From positions 55,736 to 119,735 of the forward strand of contig JAHFLD010000003.1 in NCBI GenBank assembly GCA_023245035.1: a stretch of 64,000 nt of DNA, read 5' to 3'. This stretch comes from Candidatus Harrisonbacteria bacterium. Lineage in GTDB: Bacteria; Patescibacteriota; Minisyncoccia; UBA6257; 1-14-0-10-40-38. Position 1 is the first letter of the stretch; every line of letters starts with the position of its first letter. The notes below the pieces were generated by a model. It worked only from the letters and a program-made list of their open reading frames with translations. It was not told the DNA's origin and did not search any database. This document shows positions 39,466 through 49,011 of this stretch, piece by piece. The position numbers were made by a program, and so were the translations under genes.

Positions 39466-40512
39466 ATGTCGCGATTCGGACTTATCAGAAAAAATATCGG
39501 AATTGATCTTGGCACCAGCAATGTTCTGGTTTATTTGGATAAGCGGGGAATTGTAATCAATGAGCCGTCGGTCGTGGCGCTTAACACCAAGACCAATCAG
39601 GTGGTGGCAGTGGGCACCGAGGCGAGGGATATGCTGGGGAGGACGCCGAGCCACATTACCGTGGCGCGTCCCTTGGTTAATGGCGTCATTGCCGATTTTG
39701 AAGTTACGCAGGAAATATTGCGGCATCTTTTGCGGCGAGTAAGCAAGGATAGTATTTTTGTGAACTATCGCCGGGCGGTGGTCGGGGTGCCGAGTAATTT
39801 AACGGAGGTGGAACGCAAATCGGTAGAGGACGCGGTTATCGGCGCCGGAGTCTTTCAGGCTTTGTTGATTGAAGAGCCGCTGGCGGCCGCCTTGGGCGCT
39901 CGGTTGCCAATCAACGAGCCGACGGCCAACATGGTGGTGGATATCGGCGGGGGCACCACCGAGGTGGCGATTATCTCCATGGGCGGTATCGTAACCGCCA
40001 AGAGTCTCAAAATAGCCGGAGATAAGTTTAACGACGATATTATTCGTTTTGTGCGCGATGAGTTTAAGATCGCGATTGGTGAGCCGACCGCGGAAGAGGT
40101 CAAGATCGCGGTTGGTTCGGTTTTGCCGGTTGAAGAGCGTTTGGAAATTTCGGTTCGCGGACGGGATTTGACGACCGGTTTGCCGCGCGAGATTTTAATC
40201 AAAGACCCACACGTGCGCGCCGCCATCGGCAAGTCTTTTAAAGTTATTGTGGACGCGATTCGGGAGGTAATTGAGTCCGCGCCGCCGGAGTTGGCCGGCG
40301 ATATTCTAAAGCGGGGCGTTTATCTTTGCGGCGGCGGCAGTTTGTTGCGCGGAGTTGCCGAATATATTTCCAAAGATTTGATGGTGATGGCCACCGTGGT
40401 GGATGATCCGCTGACTTGCGTGGTGCGGGGAACCGGAGTAGCGATTGAGCACTTTGCCAAGTATCGTCCAGTCTTGCAGGATCCTTCGGAGCCACGTACG
40501 ATAAGATTGTAA
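39466..40512 (+). CDS. mreB: Rod shape-determining protein MreB (paralog 2, in the mreBCD-PBP2 cluster)
   Basis: IGIDLGTSNV, NGVIADF, DIGGGTTEVAI, YLCGGGSLL. About 50% identical to paralog 1 by eye. Confidence 0.9.
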   Translation: MSRFGLIRKNIGIDLGTSNVLVYLDKRGIVINEPSVVALNTKTNQVVAVGTEARDMLGRTPSHITVARPLVNGVIADFEVTQEILRHLLRRVSKDSIFVNYRRAVVGVPSNLTEVERKSVEDAVIGAGVFQALLIEEPLAAALGARLPINEPTANMVVDIGGGTTEVAIISMGGIVTAKSLKIAGDKFNDDIIRFVRDEFKIAIGEPTAEEVKIAVGSVLPVEERLEISVRGRDLTTGLPREILIKDPHVRAAIGKSFKVIVDAIREVIESAPPELAGDILKRGVYLCGGGSLLRGVAEYISKDLMVMATVVDDPLTCVVRGTGVAIEHFAKYRPVLQDPSEPRTIRL

Positions 40513-40569
40513 AGGCCGATATTTTCGGCGATTGACCGCGTTTAAAATCTTCGCCGACTGTTTTAACTT

Positions 40570-41286
40570 GTGGTACGAAAATTTTTTCAACTTACATTAT
40601 TGATTCTTTTGGCTTACGCTGCTTTTTTTGGCGTGGCTCGGCTGATGCCGCGGAGCGGTTTGGGCGCGTTGATTTCCGACGCGGCACTGTTGCCGGTGGC
40701 CGTAGTCAAAAACTTTTCCACGACTTCTTCGATCTATCGCGATCTTTTGGACTTGCTGCGGGAGAATCAGAGTTTGCGGGCTCAACTGGCGGCGAATACT
40801 TTGACGACGCCCCTCCTATTGCCGTCGGATCGCAGGGTTATCCTGGCCAGAGTTTATTCGGCTTACCCGTTTAACGATCGCGGACTTTTGAGCATTAATG
40901 TCGGGAGTTTAGAGGGGGTGCGGGAAAAGACGCCGGTGACGATTGACGGCACCTTGTTGTTTGGGGTGGTGGAGCAGGTTTTTAAGGACTATAGCCTAGT
41001 GAGGACGATGTACGATCCGGAGTGGAAGTCGGCAGTCAAACTTGGTTCTCGACGCGTGGATGCCTTGCTTAAGGGCGGACGCGAGCCACGGCTTACTTTG
41101 ATAGTTAAGGGCAAGCCGGTCGCGGAGGGCGACTCAATTTATTCCGCTAGCCGCGATTTTCCCTATGGCTTGGCGGTTGGAGAGGTTGGCAAGCTGCAAT
41201 CCGGTCAGGCCGATGCTTTTGATGAAGCTCCGGTAGTTTTCCCGTACGAACTTTCCGACATTAACGAAGTTTATCTCTTGCTATGA
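40570..41286 (+). CDS. mreC: Rod shape-determining protein MreC
   Basis: N-terminal TM, coiled-coil (LLRENQSLRAQL), then two beta-barrel-like repeats. Immediately downstream of mreB. Confidence 0.75.
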   Translation: MVRKFFQLTLLILLAYAAFFGVARLMPRSGLGALISDAALLPVAVVKNFSTTSSIYRDLLDLLRENQSLRAQLAANTLTTPLLLPSDRRVILARVYSAYPFNDRGLLSINVGSLEGVREKTPVTIDGTLLFGVVEQVFKDYSLVRTMYDPEWKSAVKLGSRRVDALLKGGREPRLTLIVKGKPVAEGDSIYSASRDFPYGLAVGEVGKLQSGQADAFDEAPVVFPYELSDINEVYLLL

Positions 41287-41350
41287 TGGTTTACCCGGTT
41301 TCTGATTTGTGTCGCGAACCCCGCCAAGCACAGAAGTTAAATATTTATTT

Positions 41351-41833
41351 ATGAGATCTTTTTGGCCATGGCTCCTATTGGGAATTGTCTTTGTTTTTTT
41401 GGTTTTTCTACAGACAACTTCCTGGCTGATGGTTTTTGGCATTAGACCAAATTGGACCTTGTTGTTACTGACGACTCTTTCCTTTTTTGTCGGCAATTTC
41501 TTTTTGTTTATCGCGGCGGTAATTTTTACCGGATTGGTCATTTTTTCAGCTTCATCTTTTTTGCCGGTATTGGTGATTTCTGTTTTGGGTCTCTTGGCTT
41601 TTTGGCTGGGACATAGTTTGCCCGGAAAGCCATTTTTCAATAATTCCTTTATACTCGTCTTAGGAACATTTGTTTTTTATGGGTTAACCAATGCGGTTTT
41701 TTTGTCGGGCCATCCTTCGTTGGTCGCGGCCGAGGCTTTGATAAATGCTTTCTTTGGTTCTTTGTTTTTTTTGTCGCTTCGGTTTTTATTTAGAGACTCT
41801 CATGAAAAAAAGGCGCGAGTTGCAATTCGATGA
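41351..41833 (+). CDS. mreD: Rod shape-determining protein MreD (putative)
   Basis: 160-aa polytopic membrane protein (5 hydrophobic helices) located between mreC and PBP2. Identified by position and topology only. Confidence 0.5.
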   Translation: MRSFWPWLLLGIVFVFLVFLQTTSWLMVFGIRPNWTLLLLTTLSFFVGNFFLFIAAVIFTGLVIFSASSFLPVLVISVLGLLAFWLGHSLPGKPFFNNSFILVLGTFVFYGLTNAVFLSGHPSLVAAEALINAFFGSLFFLSLRFLFRDSHEKKARVAIR

Positions 41834-43667
41834 AGTTGTTTTTGGCGGTTCGGATGCCGATCGAGCGCGGTCGCTGGAGTTGCCGCCGTCAAAAGCTACT
41901 TTTGTTTTAGTCGCTGTTTTTATAGCGGCGCTTTTACTCTTGGTGTTGGGACGAATTCTTTTTCTTTATCCGGCCCAAGCGGCTTTTTATGCCGCCAGAG
42001 CCAATGCTAACGCGCATGAGGCGGTTATAGTTCCGGCGCGGCGCGGGGTTATTACCGACCGTTTTGGAGCGGTTTTGGCCAAGAGTAAGAGCTCTTTTTC
42101 GGTGGTGATGGATGTTACTCGTTTGCCCAGAGGCGAGCATCCCGAGGTTTATCTTGCGCAATTGGCGGAGATTTTAGGGTTGGATCCGGCGGTGTTAACC
42201 GAGGCTTTTTACAAGACTGATTTTGAAAAATCCAGCGTAGTGCCTTTGGCGAGGAACATCACCTCCGAAGAGGCTATTGCCGTCGACGGATTAAATATTC
42301 CGGTATTCAAGGTTATAGACGATTTTGAAAGAGAGTATGTTAAAGGTCCGATCTACGCTTCTGTTTTAGGGTATGTCGGCGCGGACACGGTGACTAAACT
42401 GCCGGTTGGTAAGACTGGCGTGGAGGCGGTTTACGACGATGTTCTGCGTGGGTTGGATGGGACTTCGCTTTTGTACCGCGACGCGCGGGGAAAGGTTTTT
42501 GACAGTCGGGTAACTCAAGATCCGGAGCCGGGCGCGACTTTGAAATTAACAATTGACGCCGACTTACAGGAGTATTTTTATGACCGAATGCGGGCTGGAT
42601 TGCGATCCTTGGGTAAAACTTCCGGCGTTGGTTTGGCGATTGATCCTAAGACCGGCGAGATTTTATCTTTAATAAGCCTGCCTTCTTTTGACAGTAACGT
42701 TTTCGCGCAGAAGGCTTTGAGCGATGATCGGACTGCCTTGTTGCGCGATCCGCTGAAGCCGCTTTTTAATCGGGCGGTTTCCGGAGCCTACAACCCCGGT
42801 TCGGCGATTAAGCCGTTGGTGGCTCTGGCCGCGCTCAAGGAGGGGATTGTGACACCAGAGGAGCAATTTTTTTCCGCGGGGTTTATTGAAGTTGCCAATC
42901 CTTATAACCCCGACCAGCCGAGTCGTTTTGTTGATTGGAAGGCCCACGGATGGGTGGATGTTAAATCAGCCCTGGCTCGTTCCAGCAATATTTATTTTTA
43001 TGCCGTTGGCGGAGGGCTCTTAAATGGGCAAAAAAATTATCGCGGACACGCTGGTTTGGGAATTGCTAAACTTCGGGAGTATTGGCAGAAGTTTGGTTTT
43101 GGCCAAAAGACCGGCGTTGATTTGACCGCGGAAAACAGCGGTTTTTTACCAGACCCGGATGAAAAAGAAAAGCGTACCGGGCAGATTTGGCGGATTGGCG
43201 ATACTTATAACGCCAGTATCGGTCAGGGGGATTTGTTGGTAACACCGCTTCAACTTATCGCGTTTACGGCTTCTATAGCGAGCGGAGGCAGGCTTTATCG
43301 ACCCCATTTGGTGGCTTCGGCGGAGAGTACTTCGCCGGTTTTGGATTATTCTTCTTGGACTAACGAGTTGGCTTTGGTGCGCGAGGGAATGGAGGACGCG
43401 GTTCGCAAACCATATGGCACGGCTTCGTTGCTTTATGATTTGCCGATGTTTGTCGCCGGCAAGACCGGCAGTGCGCAGTTTGCCAACAATACCAAGACCA
43501 ATGCTTTTTTTGTGGGCTATGCTCCGGCGCATGATCCGCGGATCGCGCTGTTGGTATTGGTTGAAGACGCCAAAGGGGGCAGTTTGAACGCGGTGCCAAT
43601 CGCCAAGGAGGTTTTGGCGTGGTATTATGAGCATAGAATTGCGAGTTCTCCTGATATTAAGAATTAA
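41802..43667 (+). CDS. mrdA: Penicillin-binding protein 2, class B transpeptidase
   Basis: N-terminal TM, a dimerisation domain, and transpeptidase motifs SAIKP (SxxK), SSN, KTGSAQ (KTG). ATG at 41802. Confidence 0.9.
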   Translation: MKKRRELQFDEVVFGGSDADRARSLELPPSKATFVLVAVFIAALLLLVLGRILFLYPAQAAFYAARANANAHEAVIVPARRGVITDRFGAVLAKSKSSFSVVMDVTRLPRGEHPEVYLAQLAEILGLDPAVLTEAFYKTDFEKSSVVPLARNITSEEAIAVDGLNIPVFKVIDDFEREYVKGPIYASVLGYVGADTVTKLPVGKTGVEAVYDDVLRGLDGTSLLYRDARGKVFDSRVTQDPEPGATLKLTIDADLQEYFYDRMRAGLRSLGKTSGVGLAIDPKTGEILSLISLPSFDSNVFAQKALSDDRTALLRDPLKPLFNRAVSGAYNPGSAIKPLVALAALKEGIVTPEEQFFSAGFIEVANPYNPDQPSRFVDWKAHGWVDVKSALARSSNIYFYAVGGGLLNGQKNYRGHAGLGIAKLREYWQKFGFGQKTGVDLTAENSGFLPDPDEKEKRTGQIWRIGDTYNASIGQGDLLVTPLQLIAFTASIASGGRLYRPHLVASAESTSPVLDYSSWTNELALVREGMEDAVRKPYGTASLLYDLPMFVAGKTGSAQFANNTKTNAFFVGYAPAHDPRIALLVLVEDAKGGSLNAVPIAKEVLAWYYEHRIASSPDIKN

Positions 43668-43686
43668 ATTTAGTTAAGCACGATTT

Positions 43687-44658
43687 ATGATGCACGGACC
43701 CGAACTGCGCCAGGATTTAGTTTCTCATGATTGGATTGTTATCTCCGATTTTAAAGGCAAGCCGCACGAGTTTAATCGCGATAAGGCGCGGAGCGTGACC
43801 TCTTTGGACAAGTGCCCTTTTGAGGAGCGACATACTTCGCCCTTGTTGCTTTTTCCCAAAGACAGCGACTGGTCATTGCAGGTTTTTGAAAACAAGTTTC
43901 CGGCTTTTATTCCGAGCGGCACCTGTTCCCATATTTTTTCTCGTGGCCCCTACCGGGTGGCGCAGGGGATTGGACATCATGAGCTGGTGGTAACTCGGAA
44001 TCATCAGGCTGATTTTGGCGATCTGCCACAACAAGCGGCCGAGGAGGTTTTTCAGGCTTTTCAGGAGCGTTATCGGAAGTTTCTAAAGAATCGCTGTATT
44101 TCTTACGTGGCCATGTTTCACAATTGGGGACCGCTTGCCGGGGCGTCGGTTTACCATCCGCATTATCAGATTATTGCCATTCCTATCGTTCCGCCGGATG
44201 TGGAGCATTCGCTCGTCGGTTCAACGAGTTATTTTAAAAAACATCGGGAGTGCGTGCATTGCGCCATGATCCGTTGGGAATTGGAGCAGAAGTCGCGGAT
44301 AGTCTACGAAAACGAAGAGGCGGTCGTGTTTGCTCCTTTTGCTTCGCGCAGCAGTTTTGAGTTGCGGATTTTTCCCAAGGAGCATTTGCCGTATTTTGAA
44401 ACAACCCAGGAGCGCACGCTTGGTTATGTGGCCGAGGCTTTGCGCGAGGCGATCCACCGCTTGAAAACCAAGCTTCACGATCCGGATTACAATTTTTTTA
44501 TTCACACTTCACCGGTGCGCAATCGCAAACGCTACGGGCATTACCATTGGCACATTGAGATTTTGCCCAAGCTTAGTACCTTTGCCGGTTTTGAGCTTGG
44601 CACCGGAATAGATATTAATCCCACCGATCCGGATTATGCCGCGCAGGCTTTGCGCTAA
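43687..44658 (+). CDS. galT: Galactose-1-phosphate uridylyltransferase-like HIT-family nucleotidyltransferase (GalT family)
   Basis: CPFEER zinc-site Cys, catalytic HPHYQI (HxHxQ), a second half-site HWHIEILP. 323 aa. Confidence 0.8.
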   Translation: MMHGPELRQDLVSHDWIVISDFKGKPHEFNRDKARSVTSLDKCPFEERHTSPLLLFPKDSDWSLQVFENKFPAFIPSGTCSHIFSRGPYRVAQGIGHHELVVTRNHQADFGDLPQQAAEEVFQAFQERYRKFLKNRCISYVAMFHNWGPLAGASVYHPHYQIIAIPIVPPDVEHSLVGSTSYFKKHRECVHCAMIRWELEQKSRIVYENEEAVVFAPFASRSSFELRIFPKEHLPYFETTQERTLGYVAEALREAIHRLKTKLHDPDYNFFIHTSPVRNRKRYGHYHWHIEILPKLSTFAGFELGTGIDINPTDPDYAAQALR

Positions 44659-44663
44659 AACTT

Positions 44664-45176
44664 ATGAATCAAGAGTTGCTGACCATATTGCTCGCTATGT
44701 CGCCGATTTCTGAGCTGAACGGATCTATTCCGATCGCGGTTTTGGGTTTTAAATTTTCTTTAGTGAAGGCCTACGTTTTAAGTGTTTTGGGCGGGGTGAT
44801 CTTGGTCTTGCCGCTCTCTTTTGTTTTGCGCCATCTGACCGGTTTTTTTCGCCGACACTTGCCGATAGCTGATCGTTTTTTTGGCTGGCTGTTTGAGTAT
44901 ACGCGCGCCAAGCACGCGCGGGATTTTTCCCCCAAAGAAGAAATGACTCATGAGTTTAGCCATGGTTTTTTTAACCGGCGCGAATTTTATAAGGTTCTGG
45001 CCTTGTTCGGCTTTGTGGCTTTGCCGGGGCCGTTTTCCGGTGTGTGGAGCGCCTCGCTCGCGGCCTTTGTCTTTGGCATACCTTTCTGGCAATCAATCGT
45101 GGCGATTACTTTGGGCAATATTATTTCCGGCATTTTTCCGGCACTCGTGGTGGCGGGAGTTATTCATTTTTTATAA
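44664..45176 (+). CDS. Small multidrug-export-family membrane protein (COG2426-like)
   Basis: 170 aa, 4 TM helices, conserved LNGSIPIA and GxxSG segments typical of that family. Confidence 0.55.
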   Translation: MNQELLTILLAMSPISELNGSIPIAVLGFKFSLVKAYVLSVLGGVILVLPLSFVLRHLTGFFRRHLPIADRFFGWLFEYTRAKHARDFSPKEEMTHEFSHGFFNRREFYKVLALFGFVALPGPFSGVWSASLAAFVFGIPFWQSIVAITLGNIISGIFPALVVAGVIHFL

Positions 45177-45184
45177 TTGATACC

Positions 45185-45904
45185 ATGAGGCCAATTCTTG
45201 CTTTTAACTGGAAGATGAATCCGCAGACCGAGGAGGAGGCGGCGAGGCTTGCCGCGGCGAGCGACGAGACTGGGGTTATTGTTTTTCCGCCCTTTCCGTT
45301 AATTCACGTGGTGCGAAACCAACTCACGAAGGCAATGCTTGGCGCGCAGGATGTTTCGGCGGCGGATGGCGGGGCTCATACCGGCGAGGTTTCTCCGGAG
45401 ATGCTTAAGGCCTTGAATGTAAGTTCGGTAATCGTCGGTCATTCCGAGCGGCGTAAGCTGGGGGAGGACGACGCGCTGGTGGCCAGCAAAGCTTTGCAAG
45501 CGGCACGGCAGGGCATTTCGCCCTTGCTTTGTGTGGGAGAAAGTGAGGCGGAGCGAAGCGATGGACTAGAAGTTGAGGTTGTAACCCGTCAGCTTAAGAC
45601 CGTTTTTGACCTGCTTGGGCGTGAAGGTCTCGGATCGCGACTGATGGTGGCTTATGAGCCGATCTGGGCGATTGGAACCGGGGAGAATGACGCGCCCGAG
45701 GATGCCAACCGCGTGGCGGAGATAATCCTTAAGGTGGCCGAAGGTTTTAACTTATTCCCGCGGGTTTTATATGGAGGGTCTGTAACTTCAGCTACGGCCG
45801 GACGTTATATTGGAAAGCATTCTACTTTGAGCGGTTTTTTGGTTGGCGGGGCGAGTCTTAAGCCAGAAGAGGTGCGGAATATGATTACCGAGTTTCTGCT
45901 ATAA
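45185..45904 (+). CDS. tpiA: Triosephosphate isomerase
   Basis: NWKMN, GHSERR, AYEPIWAIGTG and GGS motifs. ATG at 45185 within the longer listed ORF. Confidence 0.9.
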   Translation: MRPILAFNWKMNPQTEEEAARLAAASDETGVIVFPPFPLIHVVRNQLTKAMLGAQDVSAADGGAHTGEVSPEMLKALNVSSVIVGHSERRKLGEDDALVASKALQAARQGISPLLCVGESEAERSDGLEVEVVTRQLKTVFDLLGREGLGSRLMVAYEPIWAIGTGENDAPEDANRVAEIILKVAEGFNLFPRVLYGGSVTSATAGRYIGKHSTLSGFLVGGASLKPEEVRNMITEFLL

Positions 45905-45927
45905 TTTTGTATTTTATAAAAAATATT

Positions 45928-46689
45928 ATGGACAAAAAAAACTTTAGCGAGGGAGTGGGTCAGTTTCTAGTTCGGGTTTTGCTGGTAGTTTTAATTGTGG
46001 TTGGGTTCAATCTCTTTTATTTTTTGAAGAGTCGGGCGGTAGCGGTGGTGCCGGCGCGGAGTATTGTGGTTTCGGCCGAGGGCAAGGCGGTAGTTTCGCC
46101 GGATATAGCCAAAATTTCTTTTTCGGCGGTGACGGAGGGCAAGGATCCGGCGGTTTTGCAGAAAGAGAATACCAAGAAGATGAACGATGCCATAGCGTAT
46201 TTGAAATCTCGGGGCATTGAAGCCAAAGACATAAAAACATCGCAGTATAATCTTTCGCCGAGATATGATTATCGCGCTTCGGATGGTGGTCGGCCGGTTT
46301 TGTCGGGCTATGTGCTGACCCAATCCGTTTTGGTTAAGGTTCGTAAATTAGAGCAGGCGGGGGAGGTGTTGGCAGGTCTTACGCCTTTGGGCATAAATGA
46401 GATTAACAGTCTTCAGTTTGACATTGATGATCCGGAGATTTTTATTCAGGAGGCCAGAGCGCAGGCGTTTGCCAAGGCTCGCGCCAAAGCCAAAGAGATG
46501 GCGCGGGAAAACGGCGTGCGTTTGGGCAAGGTGATAACCTTCACCGAGTCGCAGGGCGGGTATCCGCGACCTTATTATGACTTGAAGGCGGGAGCGATCT
46601 CGCAGGAGAGTCTGCCGCCGGTGCCGACACTTGAGGCCGGAACACAGGAGGTGACGGTGCAGGTGAGCGCGACCTACGAGTTACGGTAA
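45928..46689 (+). CDS. SIMPL-domain (DUF541) periplasmic protein
   Basis: Signal-anchor plus the characteristic SIMPL architecture (S.EG.A......A.ISF.V........A...N......I...L...GI....I.T....L.P.Y). ATG at 45928. Confidence 0.75.
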   Translation: MDKKNFSEGVGQFLVRVLLVVLIVVGFNLFYFLKSRAVAVVPARSIVVSAEGKAVVSPDIAKISFSAVTEGKDPAVLQKENTKKMNDAIAYLKSRGIEAKDIKTSQYNLSPRYDYRASDGGRPVLSGYVLTQSVLVKVRKLEQAGEVLAGLTPLGINEINSLQFDIDDPEIFIQEARAQAFAKARAKAKEMARENGVRLGKVITFTESQGGYPRPYYDLKAGAISQESLPPVPTLEAGTQEVTVQVSATYELR

Positions 46690-46772
46690 AAACTTTCCGT
46701 TTATACAAGTCATCTACTTTGTTGCTCGCTCCGCTTCTCCTGCGCTGTAGCGACAATGCTACAGCTTAGTCG

Positions 46773-46995
46773 CTGCTCGTTCGCGCCGCGTAGCTGAGCT
46801 TGCATAAACGGAAAGGAAACTTATTTATCTTTCGGTCGTGTGCTCGCGAGTGCCTTGCATCTCATCTTTTTTAGGAAGAAAATGAAACATAACTACCTTT
46901 TGATTCTGTGTACGTTCTTTTTCGCTCGCGCCGCGTAGCTGAGCTCGTATAAACGGAAAGGAAACTTATTTATCTTTCGGTCGTGTGCTCGCGAC
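46773..46995 (+). repeat. Two direct copies of a 72-nt element separated by about 75 nt in a 760-bp non-coding region
   Basis: Copy A (about 46774-46850) and copy B (about 46923-46995) share CGCGCCGCGTAGCTGAGCT(T/C)G(C/T)ATAAACGGAAAGGAAACTTATTTATCTTTCGGTCGTGTGCTCGCGA. An inverted partial (CTTTCCGTTTATAC, 46694-46707) and a perfect hairpin (GCTGTAGC-GACAAT-GCTACAGC, 46744-46765) lie upstream. Confidence 0.8.
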
Positions 46996-47451
46996 CTTTT
47001 TCCTATCTCTTATCTCGTACTTCATGTTTCTTTCCCAAAGCTTCTTGACTTTATAAGTCCACCTGTGCTAGGGTCTTTAGGAATGGGTGTTGGTATTCCC
47101 CGACGATGATATCGATGGAGGAATGCTTGATTTACCGATCTATTTGTGGCATTGGCCCCGCGCAAGCGGGGCTTTTGCTTTTTTGGCATATCCAACTTGT
47201 CTTTTCGTGATTTTTTTCGGCGAGGCTACCGCGCGTATTCGTCTTCTTTTCCAATTCCGCAAAAAATCCAGCGTTTTTAAAAAAACTTCTTACTTCTCCA
47301 CTGTGAACGATTTGCGCTTAGACCAGAGCTAATCTAAAATTATTGCAGTGTGCGCTTCGTTAGGCTTTCTTGAGGACTGCTAGGACGCGCACTCATTCAT
47401 TACAAATAGAATTGGAGGTCACCCCTAACAGTCCTCAAGGTAGCGTAGCGT

Positions 47452-48399
47452 TTGGCGAGTATTAATTTTATGTTTGAAGAACATGTTCCTTTGGCGCGTT
47501 ATAGTTATTATAAGATCGGCGGCCCGGCCCGCTATTTTTATCGTCCGAGCACGATAGAGCAACTGACCGAGGGGGTGGAAACTGCCGGTCGGATGGGTTT
47601 GCCGATTTTTGTTTTGGCTGGAGCCACCAATCTTTTGATTCATGACCAGGGTTTTGCCGGGCTGGTTCTAAAGCCGGAGTTATTGGGTATTACCCGTGTG
47701 GGCTATGCGCTTGAGGTCGGCGCCGGAGTGCCAATGCACGATGTTCTGGAATTTGCCGCGGAGCACGGTCTTGCCGGACTGGAATGGGCCGGTGGTTTGC
47801 CGGGAACTTTGGGCGGCGCGATTCGTGGCAATGCCGGCGCTTTTCGTGGCGAGATAAAAGATGCGGTGGCGACGGTGACGAGTGTCGCGACTAATGAGCC
47901 ATATGTTAACTTGCGGACCAGAACCGCTTCCGAGTGCGAGTTCGGTTACCGAACCAGCGTTTTCAAAGGGGCGGCGCGCAAGGAGATTATTATCGGCGCG
48001 ACTTTGGTTTTGCGTCCGGGGGATCCGGCTTTGATTCGCGAGCAAATGAAGGAAAAAATAACCTATCGCGCTCTGCGACATCCGCTAGAGTATCCGAATA
48101 TCGGAAGTATTTTTAAAAATGTTGACTGGCGGGCGGTGCCGTTGGAGCATCAGGAGTTGCTCCGGCCGCATCTTAAAACCGATCCTTTTCCGGTGGTGCC
48201 GGTGGCGTATTTGATTTCGCAGACCGGTTTGCGTGGTGTGGCGAACGGGGGAGTGATGATCTCGCCAAAACATCCTAATTTTATTGTGAATGTTTTAAAT
48301 GGTCGCGCCGCCGAAGTTCGCGGTCTGATTCAGTTGGTAAAGGAATCGGTAGGTGAAAAATTCGGAATTCAACTTGAAGAGGAGGTTGTGTCGGTTTAG
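47452..48399 (+). CDS. murB: UDP-N-acetylenolpyruvoylglucosamine reductase
   Basis: FAD-binding YKIGGPA...FVLAGATNLL and the MurB C-terminal domain. 315 aa. Confidence 0.85.
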   Translation: MASINFMFEEHVPLARYSYYKIGGPARYFYRPSTIEQLTEGVETAGRMGLPIFVLAGATNLLIHDQGFAGLVLKPELLGITRVGYALEVGAGVPMHDVLEFAAEHGLAGLEWAGGLPGTLGGAIRGNAGAFRGEIKDAVATVTSVATNEPYVNLRTRTASECEFGYRTSVFKGAARKEIIIGATLVLRPGDPALIREQMKEKITYRALRHPLEYPNIGSIFKNVDWRAVPLEHQELLRPHLKTDPFPVVPVAYLISQTGLRGVANGGVMISPKHPNFIVNVLNGRAAEVRGLIQLVKESVGEKFGIQLEEEVVSV

Positions 48400-48430
48400 A
48401 AGCGGAGCAAGGGGAGCGGGTGGAGGGCTA

Positions 48431-48475
48431 AACCCGACCCGCTCCGCGGGTCGGGGGAGCACGGGTTGTTTTTTG
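48431..48475 (+). terminator. Terminator-like GC-rich hairpin plus T-run after murB
   Basis: aacccgacccgctccgcgggtcggg...cgggtt inverted repeats followed by GTTTTTTG. Confidence 0.45.
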
Positions 48476-48529
48476 AATTTTGGCGGCGCTTCCCGCAACT
48501 TTTTATCATGGCTAGCTGGTATTAATAAT

Positions 48530-48883
48530 ATGAACATCAACATTAAGGCGACGCAGGTGGATTTAACACCGGCACTCAAAGAGTATGTGGAAGAAAAGTT
48601 TGGATCATTAGCCAAGTTTCTTAAGCGATGGGAGGCCGAGTCTCCGGTGGAGGTCTGGGTGGAGGTGGCGCGAACCACGCGACATCATCACAAGGGCGAG
48701 GTATTCCGAGCGGAGGGGGATGTTAAAGTTCCGGGATATATCTTTCGGGCGACGGAGGAGGATTCGGATATTCGTTCGGCGGTTGATCGGGTTCGTGACA
48801 AGTTGCAGGCGGAGATTGTTAAGTATAAGGAGATGCATACCGACTCTAAGCGGGGTGTGTCGACAGATCCTGGCCAAAAATAG
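48530..48883 (+). CDS. hpf: Ribosome hibernation-promoting factor (RaiA/HPF, short form)
   Basis: MNINIKATQVDLTPALKEYVEEKF..L..........V.V.....HHHKGEVFRAE..V matches the HPF/YfiA signature. ATG at 48530; the listed ORF has a spurious N-terminal extension. Confidence 0.85.
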   Translation: MNINIKATQVDLTPALKEYVEEKFGSLAKFLKRWEAESPVEVWVEVARTTRHHHKGEVFRAEGDVKVPGYIFRATEEDSDIRSAVDRVRDKLQAEIVKYKEMHTDSKRGVSTDPGQK

Positions 48884-49011
48884 TAAATTTTTAGTTCTTG
48901 GGATTAGTTTTCCACAGCCCTTGACATGGCTTGAAGTCTAGTGCTACTATTGCCAAGTACCTTGAAATCGTTTTTTGTACTTTTTTCCATTCCAATGGGA
49001 GGCGGTTCTTT

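Noticed and set aside
46773-46995. Possibility that the 72-nt direct repeats are a CRISPR array
   Set aside because: There are only two copies, the repeat is too long (72 nt), the spacer equals the repeat length with no further units, and no cas genes are nearby.
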